Source: Nitrospinaceae bacterium
Lineage (GTDB): Bacteria > Nitrospinota > Nitrospinia > Nitrospinales > VA-1
NCBI GenBank assembly: GCA_029261695.1
Contig: JAJDAV010000039.1
Coordinates: 1 to 55,805, forward strand
Length of the DNA: 55,805 nt
Direction: 5' to 3'
Both the position numbers and the translations under genes were made by a program. Below, in pieces: positions 19,516 through 28,824 of this stretch (position 1 is its first letter; each line of letters starts with the position of its first letter). The notes below the pieces were generated by a model. That model saw nothing but the letters and a program-made list of their open reading frames with translations, was not told the DNA's origin and did no database searches.

Positions 19516-21285
19516 TCAGGCAGGTATTATTTTTTCCTGGAAGCTTAAATCTCGATCAAAATCATCTGGAAACCGGGTTCGCATTTCCTTAGCAATAAAT
19601 TGAGATATTTCTTCCACAGAACTCAAATTTAACACATGATCGGCCATTTGGCGAGCTTCTTCCAGGCGAATTAACCGAATTATTTTTTTTACTTTGGGGA
19701 TTGAATGGGGTTCCATACTAAGGTCGTGCAGATCTCCTAAACCGAGCAAGAGCATGGTTGCCATCGGGTCGCCCCCTAGCTCACCGCAAATAGAAACTTT
19801 TTTGTTGGCCTTTTTTGCTGCATCAAATATTTGCTTTAAGGCCCTTATTACTGCCGGATGAAAGGGTTGGTACAAGTGGGCCACATTTTCATTTACCCGA
19901 TCAATGGCTAGAAGGTATTGAATTAAATCATTGGTTCCTATGCTGATGAAATTGACATGTTCTAGAATATGGTCAATACATATTGTGGCTGCGGGAGTTT
20001 CAATCATTGCACCGATTTCGATATTTTCGTCAAAAGGGATTTGATCCTCTTTCAATAATTCTTTTGCTTTTTGCAATAGTTCATTGGCCTGGATTATCTC
20101 TGATACTGAAGAGATCATGGGATAAAGTACTTTTACGTTTCCATATAGACTTGCTCTAAGAATCCCTTTCAACTGACTCAAAAATAATTCCGGTTTGGCC
20201 AGGGATAATCGAATGCCTCTTAATCCCAACGCCGGATTGTCTTCATCATTTGTGGGAATACCGGCGAGTTGTTTATCCATGCCGATGTCTAAGGTACGGA
20301 TGACCACCGGTCTTTTACCCATTTCCTGGGCGACTGCTTTGAAATTTTCATATAATTCTCTTTCACCCGGAAGGTTACTGGCAGACATGTAAAGAAATTC
20401 AGTTCGGTAAAGTCCAACCCCTTCAGCACCAAACTTGCGCAGAGTCTTGGCTTCTTGATTGGATTCGATGTTTGCTAATAGATGAATTTGGTGGCCATCA
20501 AGAGTTTCTGCTGATTGATGGATGTTGGCTAATAATCGCTCTTCGTATCTTCGATAGTTTTCCTGCTTTTTTAGAAAATACTGTGAATTTTCCTCATTCG
20601 GGTGAACGATTACTTCTCCATCTATGCCATCTACGACAACGTTATCCCCAGTGTTGATTTGTGATGTTAGATTTTTTATTCCAGTGACAGCGGGAATTCC
20701 CAATGCTGCAGCAAATATCCCTACATGAGAGGTCTTACCACCGGTTTCCGTAGCTAATCCTTTTATAAAGTTTCTAGGCATACTTAATGTGTCGGATGGG
20801 CTTAAGGAATGGGTGACTATAATTACTGGTTCTTGAATGTCGGACAATGTTTCCTGAGAGTGACCGATTAAATTTCTAAGTATGGCCTGGACGAGGAGGT
20901 CGAGGTCATCTTTTTTCCCCTTTAAATAGTCATCGTTTATATTGTCAAAAAGATTGAGGAAGTTTTGCAGGGTTTGATTTAGTGTCCACTCGGCATTTGT
21001 ACGATTCTTTCTAATATTCTCAATCGTATCATTTACCAGAATATCGTCATCAAGCAGAAGGGTATATGTGTCCAGGATAACAGCGTATTTATCGGCAATT
21101 TTTTCTGCACGATTTTTAATGTCAACCATTTGCACTTTTGTTTTTGCAATTGCATCACGAAATCTCTGTATTTCATTTTCTACTTCGTGATCTTCAAGTT
21201 TTTGCTTGAGGATGCAGAATTTTGAACGGTCCAGCAAATATGCTTTTCCGATAGCTACCCCTTTGGATACTGCAATGCCTTTCAT
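19516..21285 (-). CDS. ptsI: PEP-protein phosphotransferase (PTS Enzyme I)
   Basis: MKGIAVSKG start at 21285; GGKTSHV phospho-His; GVGLYRTEF; SIGTNDLIQY; ICGE. Confidence 0.95.
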   Translation of the reverse strand: MKGIAVSKGVAIGKAYLLDRSKFCILKQKLEDHEVENEIQRFRDAIAKTKVQMVDIKNRAEKIADKYAVILDTYTLLLDDDILVNDTIENIRKNRTNAEWTLNQTLQNFLNLFDNINDDYLKGKKDDLDLLVQAILRNLIGHSQETLSDIQEPVIIVTHSLSPSDTLSMPRNFIKGLATETGGKTSHVGIFAAALGIPAVTGIKNLTSQINTGDNVVVDGIDGEVIVHPNEENSQYFLKKQENYRRYEERLLANIHQSAETLDGHQIHLLANIESNQEAKTLRKFGAEGVGLYRTEFLYMSASNLPGERELYENFKAVAQEMGKRPVVIRTLDIGMDKQLAGIPTNDEDNPALGLRGIRLSLAKPELFLSQLKGILRASLYGNVKVLYPMISSVSEIIQANELLQKAKELLKEDQIPFDENIEIGAMIETPAATICIDHILEHVNFISIGTNDLIQYLLAIDRVNENVAHLYQPFHPAVIRALKQIFDAAKKANKKVSICGELGGDPMATMLLLGLGDLHDLSMEPHSIPKVKKIIRLIRLEEARQMADHVLNLSSVEEISQFIAKEMRTRFPDDFDRDLSFQEKIIPA

Positions 21286-21295
21286 ATTATTTTTT

Positions 21296-21760
21296 TCAAA
21301 TGAATTTGGAGTCTTCTTCCAAAAGTATGGAATAAATAGCACTGGAATCCTGAGCTTTAAGAATTCCTTCGCGCAAACCTTGATTTTTGAAAAGTCGAGA
21401 AATTCGTGCAAGAGCCTTTAGATGTTGGCCGGTTGAGTGTGCAGGGGCAATAACCATGCAAACAAAGTGTACTGGTTTTTGATCTAGAGACTCAAAGTCC
21501 ACGCCATTTAATGATCTTGCAAATACGGTTATGATTTGAGTTAGCTCTTCAGATTTCCCATGGGGGATGGCAACATTTTCGCCAATCCCAGTGCTTCCCA
21601 GTTTTTCACGTTCCATAAGGGTTTCAAAAAGGGCTTGATCGTTTTGTATAATATTGTTCTTCTTAAGACATTCGGTCATTTCTTTTATGATTTCTAATTT
21701 ATTTTGACCGACCAAATCTGCAATGACAGATTCTTTTTTTAGTATTTCATCGATTTTCAT
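21296..21760 (-). CDS. ptsN: PTS EIIA(Ntr)
   Basis: EREKLGSTGIGENVAIPHG; HLKALARIS; located in the rpoN cluster. Confidence 0.92.
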   Translation of the reverse strand: MKIDEILKKESVIADLVGQNKLEIIKEMTECLKKNNIIQNDQALFETLMEREKLGSTGIGENVAIPHGKSEELTQIITVFARSLNGVDFESLDQKPVHFVCMVIAPAHSTGQHLKALARISRLFKNQGLREGILKAQDSSAIYSILLEEDSKFI

Positions 21761-21789
21761 ATGTGTATTCTGTTTCCCCGATACTCAGA

Positions 21790-22119
21790 TTAGTCCAAAA
21801 TTTGATTTTTTGATTGATTCCCTTTTTTGTTTCGCAAATCTTTTGCTTTTTCTTTATGTTTGCGAATTTGCTTCTCCATTTTATCTAAGGATTTGTCCAT
21901 GGATGTATAGAGATCATTTGTTTCCTCTTGGCTATGGAGAGTGAACTCTTTGGTTTTTACTGTGATTTCTGCAAAATGTCGGTGTTTTTCTACAGCAAGC
22001 GCCACGTGAACATCAGCTTCTTCCCCAAGGTCATAAATAGTCTTGTCCATTTTACTGTTTAGGTGATCACGAATACCATCGGTTATCTCAATTTTTCTTC
22101 CTGTTACAGTCAATTTCAT
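21790..22119 (-). CDS. hpf: Ribosome hibernation promoting factor (short form)
   Basis: LTVTGRKIEITDGIR...DLYTSMDK...EKQIRKHKEK; downstream of rpoN. Confidence 0.92.
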   Translation of the reverse strand: MKLTVTGRKIEITDGIRDHLNSKMDKTIYDLGEEADVHVALAVEKHRHFAEITVKTKEFTLHSQEETNDLYTSMDKSLDKMEKQIRKHKEKAKDLRNKKGNQSKNQILD

Positions 22120-22201
22120 ATGCGTCTCCTAAAAATGCAATCAATACCTACTATTTTAAACTTGAAATGATTCTGAGTAAATTAAAAGCGGATGGATTTG
22201 A

Positions 22202-23632
22202 TCAAAAAAACTTTTTCCTTTTGCTGGCCGGTGGGATATTAAGTTCTTTTCTATATTTGGTAATGGTTCGTCTGGCAATTTTGGCGTTTTTCCTCATTAG
22301 AACTTGAACCATTTGATCATCTGTGTAAGGGCTGTTGCCATCCTCATCAGCTATCACTTCCTTAATCATATTTTTCACTCTTATAGAGGATAGGCTGTTT
22401 CCCATATAAGATTTAATGCCACTATGAAAGAAGAATTTTAATTCAAAAATTCCCTGAGGGGTATCAATATACTTGTTAGTGGTGATGCGGCTTACCGTTG
22501 ATTCGTGCATTTCTATATCCTTTGCCACATCCTTTAAAACCATGGGTTGTAAGTAAGATAGCCCATTATCCAAAAAGCTTTTTTGCAATTTTACAATGCT
22601 CTTTCCGACCTTGTAAATGGTTTGTCGACGTTGATCAATACTTTTAATCAGCCACAATGCGGAGCGATATTTTTCATCAAGATACTCTTTTGTTTGGCCT
22701 TCCTTGGTTGTGTTTAGCAGATTTTGATAAAATGCATTGATCTTGATATTAGGTACGCCCTCATCGTTTAACGAAACATCATAACCTTCATCGGTTTTGA
22801 ATACGACAAGGTCGGGAGTTACGTAATCGACGGCTTCTGAGTTGAATGCGGTACCGGGCTTGGGATTAAACTCTCTTATGGTGCCCAGCGCATCTAGAAC
22901 ATTATTTATGTCTGTTTTTAGTTCGGCTGCCACTTTGGGTAAATATCTATCTTCAAGGCGATCCAGATATTTTTCAATTAATATATCAACCAGGGGATTT
23001 CTTTCAGGCAGGTCTTGAGCTTGGATCATAAGACATTCTTGAAGCGAGCGTGCTGCTACACCCAAGGGTTCAAACTTTTGAATAATTTTTAATACCCGTT
23101 CGACATTATTTTCATCCGTATGGCAGATTTCTGCTATTTCGGATAATTCGGCACCCAGGTAGCCGTCTTTTTGAATATTTCCAATGATGCCAGACCCGAT
23201 AAACTTGTCTGTGTCTGATTCAATAGTGAGGTTTAATTGCCAATATAAGTGATCGGATAATGAAGCTTCTTTTCTGTAGGTAGCTTCAATGGAGGGCTTT
23301 TCTGTAATACTTTCAGCAGACATTCCTTGGTCAATATTGTTTTGAAAGTAGCTTTCCCAATCCACTTCTTGTTCTTGAGAATCTTGTGAGGTCTCGGAAA
23401 AAGAATCGTAGTCTTCGTCCCCATCCTCTTTTATTTTTTCGTCAGGCGAATCAATGTCATCTTCTTCCAGCATCTCTTCCAGAACAGGGTTGTCGATGAT
23501 TTCTTGTCTAACCAACTGCGCTAATTCCAGTCGTGCAAGTGGTAGAAGTTTAATAGCCTGCTGGAGCATAGGTGTCATGACCAGCTTCTGGCTCATTTTC
23601 AAGTTCAAATTCATTTTCATTTCCATCGCCAT
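22202..23632 (-). CDS. rpoN: RNA polymerase sigma-54 factor
   Basis: MTPMLQQAIKLL; MHESTVSR; RpoN box ARRTITKYR. Confidence 0.98.
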   Translation of the reverse strand: MAMEMKMNLNLKMSQKLVMTPMLQQAIKLLPLARLELAQLVRQEIIDNPVLEEMLEEDDIDSPDEKIKEDGDEDYDSFSETSQDSQEQEVDWESYFQNNIDQGMSAESITEKPSIEATYRKEASLSDHLYWQLNLTIESDTDKFIGSGIIGNIQKDGYLGAELSEIAEICHTDENNVERVLKIIQKFEPLGVAARSLQECLMIQAQDLPERNPLVDILIEKYLDRLEDRYLPKVAAELKTDINNVLDALGTIREFNPKPGTAFNSEAVDYVTPDLVVFKTDEGYDVSLNDEGVPNIKINAFYQNLLNTTKEGQTKEYLDEKYRSALWLIKSIDQRRQTIYKVGKSIVKLQKSFLDNGLSYLQPMVLKDVAKDIEMHESTVSRITTNKYIDTPQGIFELKFFFHSGIKSYMGNSLSSIRVKNMIKEVIADEDGNSPYTDDQMVQVLMRKNAKIARRTITKYRKELNIPPASKRKKFF

Positions 23633-23646
23633 AATTTTTTCTCCGG

Positions 23647-24369
23647 CTAAAATGAAAACTGGTCGCCAAGGTAAATTTGCTTTACCTTTTCATCCTGCGC
23701 GACCTGATGAGGTGAACCTGAACAGATAATTTCACCCTCGTTAATGATATAGGCGCGATCGGTTATGCTTAAGGTCTCGCGAACACTATGGTCAGTTATT
23801 AACACTCCAATTCCTTTGTTTTTTAGTTGCGAGATGATTGATTGAATATCCGCAACGGCTATCGGATCAATTCCCGCAAAAGGTTCGTCCAGTAACACAA
23901 ATACCGGAGAAGTTGCTAAGGCGCGGCTAATTTCTACTCGTCTTCTCTCACCACCCGAGAGAGCGTAGGCCATGGAATCTTTTATGTGAAGAATGTTTAG
24001 TTCTCTAAGTAAAGATCGAGCCTTTTTTTTTCTATCAAACTTAGAGAGTTTTTGTGATTCCAAAACAGCCATAACATTCTCTTCAACGGTTAGTTTTCTG
24101 AAAACCGAGGGTTCCTGAGGCAAATAGCTAACACCTTTTTTAGCTCGCTTATGCATAGGGTAGTTGGTGACGTCTTCATCATTTAATAGAACCTGCCCAC
24201 CATCCGGGTGGGTGAGGCCTACCACCATATAAAAAGTAGTGGTTTTTCCGGCCCCATTGGGACCCAGTAACCCCACAACTTCTCCTTGATTGATTTCCAG
24301 ACTTACCCTGTTAACCACCTTTCGCGACCGGAAAGATTTAACGAGGTTTTTGATTCTCAGACCAGCCAC
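23647..24369 (-). CDS. lptB: LPS export ABC transporter ATPase
   Basis: GPNGAGKTTTF; LSGGERRR; DEPFAGIDP; synteny with rpoN. Confidence 0.96.
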   Translation of the reverse strand: MAGLRIKNLVKSFRSRKVVNRVSLEINQGEVVGLLGPNGAGKTTTFYMVVGLTHPDGGQVLLNDEDVTNYPMHKRAKKGVSYLPQEPSVFRKLTVEENVMAVLESQKLSKFDRKKKARSLLRELNILHIKDSMAYALSGGERRRVEISRALATSPVFVLLDEPFAGIDPIAVADIQSIISQLKNKGIGVLITDHSVRETLSITDRAYIINEGEIICSGSPHQVAQDEKVKQIYLGDQFSF

Positions 24370-24408
24370 ATCAATTATTCTTTAAAAGGAGGTTTGATTA
24401 TATTTATT

Positions 24409-24921
24409 CTAGTTTGAAGGATTCTCTTTTCGTTCTTTTTTATCATCATCTTTTGGATAAATTTTCATGCGGACTCTGTTATTTGCAACAAAACGATCTT
24501 TGTCCAAAAGAAATATCATTTCGCGTCCTTCGATCATATTACTGTCTTCCCATGCTGTTGCTTTTGGGGTGCCAGTAAGGATGATTTTTTGCAATTTATC
24601 TAAATAAATTGCTTTATCGCCCTTGGCTCGCTTTTTTCCTCGTGTTATGAAAACATTACCGAGGGCTACAATTTCATCTGTTTCCTTTTTATCCTTGGTG
24701 TTGTAGACCTCGAGAATATCGGAGGTTATTTTCAAGTCACCCCAATAACCCACAACATTTCCTGAAAAAATAATTTTTAATCCACCATCTTCAGATCGCA
24801 TGCGGTCCGAAGTGATTTCAACCGGGTCTTTTTCCTTACTAATGAGTGGAGAAGGTATTTGTAAGGAAAACACCAAGGCAAGGGTGATTAAGAAAATAGA
24901 TTTTTTAATGTTTTTAGTCAT
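24409..24921 (-). CDS. lptA: LPS transport periplasmic protein LptA
   Basis: Signal peptide from ATG 24921; OstA-like PVEITSD...FSGNV...ALGNV; synteny. Confidence 0.85.
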   Translation of the reverse strand: MTKNIKKSIFLITLALVFSLQIPSPLISKEKDPVEITSDRMRSEDGGLKIIFSGNVVGYWGDLKITSDILEVYNTKDKKETDEIVALGNVFITRGKKRAKGDKAIYLDKLQKIILTGTPKATAWEDSNMIEGREMIFLLDKDRFVANNRVRMKIYPKDDDKKERKENPSN

Positions 24922-24925
24922 ATTT

Positions 24926-25369
24926 TTATTTAGAAAGCTTTGTGTTTGCCGTTCCATCTTTTTCCGCCTGAAATCTTCCAGCCAATGATTGTGAGTCACC
25001 TCTTAACTTTACTTGGCCGACCAAATCAATGTCTTTTGAACTATTATTATAAGTGCCTGATTCTGCTGTAATCACATAAGGGTGCTTGTTCTCTTTGGGG
25101 AGAATCATTTCGACATCTTTTAAACGGGTTACATCCTCTTGATTATTGATTTGAGCCAACCCTGCTTTTAAAATCCATTCTTTTTTACCTTTAACTTCAT
25201 GGGTTACTTTGAAATTTTCGATTTCAACATCCACCCCTTTTTCCATTATTTTGACCTTTACGTTTCCCATTTCTACTTTATTGTCCTCAACCTTATAGAA
25301 ATAAAATCCGGCCAGACTAATAACTCCAAAAGCAATAATCAGTAAGATAACTCGGACGACATTGATCAT
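24926..25369 (-). CDS. lptC: LPS export protein LptC
   Basis: N-terminal TM helix followed by a beta-rich domain; upstream of lptA. Confidence 0.8.
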   Translation of the reverse strand: MINVVRVILLIIAFGVISLAGFYFYKVEDNKVEMGNVKVKIMEKGVDVEIENFKVTHEVKGKKEWILKAGLAQINNQEDVTRLKDVEMILPKENKHPYVITAESGTYNNSSKDIDLVGQVKLRGDSQSLAGRFQAEKDGTANTKLSK

Positions 25370-25403
25370 TTAACTAGTTAATTTTTAAAGAATTATGCAC
25401 TTA

Positions 25404-25419
25404 TGCAAATGGCATACCA
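25404..25419 (-). promoter_or_regulatory. Putative sigma-54 (-24/-12) promoter upstream of lptC-lptA-lptB-rpoN
   Basis: Minus strand TGGTAT-GCCAT-TTGCA, exact GG-N10-GC spacing. Confidence 0.55.
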
Positions 25420-25445
25420 CGGGTTGATGATGCCATAGGGGTGGG

Positions 25446-25931
25446 TCAAAGTAAAGGGAAAAGGGGGGGTGTTCTGGGTGTTAGATGAAACGGTGAAAAG
25501 GTGAATTCGCGTGTGGTTTCATTCTCATTGCTAATATGAATTTCCAGGCGTTCATGAATCCCAAATTTAAACTCTTCTGGTTTTTTATCGGATTGTAATT
25601 TTTCCGACCATTCGATGATTGTAATTGCTTTGCTATAAATGATTTCTTCCAAGCCAAGATTGTTTATCTCATTTTCTGTTTCAAGTCGGTAAAGATCTAT
25701 GTGGAAGATAGGTGTTTTCCCTTGGTATTCATTAATCAGGGTGAATGTGGGGCTTCGAATGTAGGTTTTATTATCCAGTCCCGCTCCAAGGCAAATGCCT
25801 TGTGTTAGGCAGGTTTTACCTGCACCTAAATCGCCAAAAAGTAAAACCAGATCACCTTCAATCAACTTGGCGCCGAGCTTAATTCCTAGTTGCAAGGTTT
25901 CCTCCGGGTTTTTGGTAATTATTTTAGTCAT
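25446..25931 (-). CDS. tsaE: tRNA t6A biosynthesis ATPase TsaE
   Basis: GDLGAGKT; SPTFTL; HIDLYRL; IIEW. Confidence 0.96.
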   Translation of the reverse strand: MTKIITKNPEETLQLGIKLGAKLIEGDLVLLFGDLGAGKTCLTQGICLGAGLDNKTYIRSPTFTLINEYQGKTPIFHIDLYRLETENEINNLGLEEIIYSKAITIIEWSEKLQSDKKPEEFKFGIHERLEIHISNENETTREFTFSPFHLTPRTPPLFPLL

Positions 25932-27469
25932 GGTAGAACTCGTTTTAAGGCATCTGGCAGACTTCTTAGCAGGTCTCCTGCAATCAAGCTGCTTTGGGTT
26001 TCACCGCTTGCAAAGAGGTCTCCAGATTGACCATGGATATATGCCCCGGCTACTGCGGCATTCTGCAGGGAAATATTTTGTGCTGCTAATCCCGCGATGA
26101 TCCCTGTCAATACATCACCCGAGCCTCCTGTTGCCATACCTGGATTGCCCGAAGGATTGATGAAAACATCTCCATCTGGTGTTCCCACAAGGCTAGGAGC
26201 ACCTTTTAATAGCAAGATGACAGAATGTTTTTTCGCAAATTCAGAAGTGATTTTTATTCTGTCCTCTTGAATTTTTTGAGTTGATAAACCGGTGAGTCGG
26301 GACATTTCTTTAGGATGAGGAGTAAGGATTGCAGATTCCAATTTTCCCAGCCAGTCTTTATGGGTCTCAAATGCGTTGATCGCATCTGCATCCAAAATCA
26401 TGGGGCAATTGATTAGCGGCAGAAGCTCGCCGATTAAGTTCACCGTTTCGGGGTTTGTAGTCAGGCCAGGTCCTAACGCAACAGCTGTTTTACCATCTAG
26501 TAATTCTATAATCTGCTCTTTTGCTTTGAGGGAAAGAGTGCCCGCTTTTGTTTCCGCTAAGGGTACTGTCATCACTTCCATAGGGTGCAGTTCAAATGCT
26601 TTTTGGCAGCTTTCGGGTAAAGCCAGTGTGCATAAGCCACATCCTGATCTCAAGGCAGCAAGAGCCGCAAGTGCTGCTGCGCCACCTTTACCAGTAGATC
26701 CTGCCAATACCAAAACATGACCGTAATTACCTTTATGTGAATCAGGTGGACGCGCTGCAAAAATATCTTTTATATCTTCTTCTTCGACAAGTTGAATATG
26801 AATCTTCTGATTGTTCTGGTGGGGGATACCTATGTCTAACAACTCTACTTTTTTCATTACTCCAGCGGCAGGGTGCAACAAGTGGCTATTTTTGAATGAA
26901 GCTAGAGCGAAAGTGATGTCCGATTTAACATGAGGGCCTATTAATTGACCAGAGTCTGCATTTATTCCGGAATTAATATCTACGGAAGCGGTAAATTTTT
27001 TCGGTTGATTTATTTTATCAACAACGGTTTTCATGAAATCTGTTACTGGTTTAGATAGCCCTGTTCCGAATAGAGCATCGACAATAACATCTGCATGACG
27101 CAATTTGTGGTCAAAGGTATCGATGTTCTCAGGGCTTAATTCTTTTAAGGGGATTTTCATATTTCGCGTGATAATTGAATTTGTTTTGGCATCGCCTTTC
27201 AGGTCTATAAGCTTTCCCGCTAGTAAAACAGTAACGTTGGCTCCTAACTGCGTTAGATGCCTGGCAATAACGAATCCATCACCCCCATTATTTCCTTTAC
27301 CACAAAAAATAATAATTTTTTTTGAATGCAGGTTGGAAAGAATTTGTTGCAAACGTTCTACGATAGCCTTGCCAGCATTTTCCATAAGGACGATGCCAGG
27401 GATTCCTAATTCTTCTATGGCCCATCTGTCGATATCCCGCATTTGCTTGGCTGTAACTATTGGCAGCAA
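25928..27469 (-). CDS. nnr: Bifunctional NAD(P)H-hydrate epimerase/dehydratase
   Basis: LMENAG; GKGNNGGDG; DALFGTG; HKGNYG; LTPHPKEM; ATGGSGDVL. Confidence 0.96.
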   Translation of the reverse strand: MLPIVTAKQMRDIDRWAIEELGIPGIVLMENAGKAIVERLQQILSNLHSKKIIIFCGKGNNGGDGFVIARHLTQLGANVTVLLAGKLIDLKGDAKTNSIITRNMKIPLKELSPENIDTFDHKLRHADVIVDALFGTGLSKPVTDFMKTVVDKINQPKKFTASVDINSGINADSGQLIGPHVKSDITFALASFKNSHLLHPAAGVMKKVELLDIGIPHQNNQKIHIQLVEEEDIKDIFAARPPDSHKGNYGHVLVLAGSTGKGGAAALAALAALRSGCGLCTLALPESCQKAFELHPMEVMTVPLAETKAGTLSLKAKEQIIELLDGKTAVALGPGLTTNPETVNLIGELLPLINCPMILDADAINAFETHKDWLGKLESAILTPHPKEMSRLTGLSTQKIQEDRIKITSEFAKKHSVILLLKGAPSLVGTPDGDVFINPSGNPGMATGGSGDVLTGIIAGLAAQNISLQNAAVAGAYIHGQSGDLFASGETQSSLIAGDLLRSLPDALKRVLP

Positions 27470-27530
27470 CTCAATTCTCCTGATTGTTCGAGTCTATAGA
27501 AAGTGTGTCACAAATTTTACGCCATTTAAA

Positions 27531-28151
27531 TTAAACGTAAATAGAATAGGGGTAATCTTCAGATTCTTTAAGAGCCATTTCTTCGCGGGTGGGTATTAAT
27601 CCATTGATAGCCCCAAAGAGATTGAGGTCGTCATATCCCAGGAATTGTTTTTGCTCATGGGGTAGGGAATTGAAATGATCTTGATCTGTCATAAAATTTA
27701 ATTCAAAAAAATAATTGCTGAGAAAATTTTCAAAATGAATAGGGTGTGCCTCCAATTCAGGCAGGGAATTGATTCTTTCGCTATCATTGTCATGATTGTA
27801 ATTAAAGGTGAAGCGAGCTAAAACGTCATAGAGAAAAGAATAATGATAAGAGTTCATATACTGCCATTTGGAAGAATTTTCCAGGCCGTTTTCTAATATT
27901 TGACAGATTTGTTCCAGGTAATTAATAGAATTTGTTTTTCCTGAATAGGGGTAGAACTGCAATAAGTCTTCTCTCCAATACGGCCGTGGTTGTCGTAGTA
28001 TAAAAGACATTATCTCTTTGTCTTCGCTCAAGGCAACTTGGATAAAATGGTGTGGGTCGAATCGCTCGTTATAATCCGCATTGGGCGTGACAATAACATT
28101 CGATTTGTTCAAATTGAAGGGTTCGTAAATATTGTTTTTGAAAACAAGCAT
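27531..28151 (-). CDS. Hypothetical protein (paralog A)
   Basis: 206-aa ORF homologous to 28825-29424. Confidence 0.85.
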   Translation of the reverse strand: MLVFKNNIYEPFNLNKSNVIVTPNADYNERFDPHHFIQVALSEDKEIMSFILRQPRPYWREDLLQFYPYSGKTNSINYLEQICQILENGLENSSKWQYMNSYHYSFLYDVLARFTFNYNHDNDSERINSLPELEAHPIHFENFLSNYFFELNFMTDQDHFNSLPHEQKQFLGYDDLNLFGAINGLIPTREEMALKESEDYPYSIYV

Positions 28152-28247
28152 GCTTGCTCTTTTGTATAATGGATCAAAAGTGATTTATTTTAATAACACT
28201 CAAAACCAGTTACAATAATTTGCAGTAAATTTGTCGGAGAGGATTTA

Positions 28248-28820
28248 TTGAAACAATCCATTTATAACATTAATGTTAAAACCATTTTTGGAGAAGAGCA
28301 AGCACTCTCGCGATTTGAGGGCAAAGTTTTACTAATTGTAAATGTTGCTTCTCAATGTGGGTTTACTCCGCAATATTCGGGTCTGCAAAAACTTTACGAA
28401 AAATATAAGGATAGAGGATTTCGTATTTTAGCCTTCCCTAGCAATGATTTTGGTCGTCAAGAGCCTGGAGAAAATAAAGACATCAAGACATTTTGCATAA
28501 AAAATTATGGGGTTTCCTTTAATCTTTTTAGCAAGGTCAAGGTTCTTGGCCCGAAACAGTCATCTCTCTATAAGTATCTGCATAAGTGTAGTTTGACTCC
28601 AGTAGGTAATACGGGGATTAAAAGTATTATAATGCGGTACGTAACGACATTTCTTCTGAAAATAAAAGGAGATACTACCCCAAAAGAGAATGAGGTGAGC
28701 TGGAATTTTCATAAATTCCTGGTCGATAAAAAGGGTTTTCCAGTGGCAAGGTTTTCAAGTGAAATTGAACCTGATTCACCCCTTTTGGTTAAACGACTGG
28801 AGGAGGAACTGGATAAGTAA
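28248..28820 (+). CDS. Glutathione peroxidase family protein (Cys-type)
   Basis: VNVASQCGFT; LAFPSNDFGRQEPG; WNFHKFLVD; SD GGAGAGG before TTG. Confidence 0.95.
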   Translation: MKQSIYNINVKTIFGEEQALSRFEGKVLLIVNVASQCGFTPQYSGLQKLYEKYKDRGFRILAFPSNDFGRQEPGENKDIKTFCIKNYGVSFNLFSKVKVLGPKQSSLYKYLHKCSLTPVGNTGIKSIIMRYVTTFLLKIKGDTTPKENEVSWNFHKFLVDKKGFPVARFSSEIEPDSPLLVKRLEEELDK

Positions 28821-28824
28821 AAGA

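Noticed and set aside
21286-21411. 42-aa N-terminal extension of PtsI in the ORF track
   Set aside because: Overlaps ptsN in another frame. The canonical EI start MKGIAVS is at 21285.
27105-27599. 164-aa plus-strand ORF and the many similar 60-140-aa antisense ORFs in the track
   Set aside because: They lie opposite well-supported genes (nnr, clpB, tig, glk and others) and show shadow-like composition.
28350-28362. Possible selenocysteine in glutathione peroxidase
   Set aside because: The active-site codon is TGT (Cys), not TGA.
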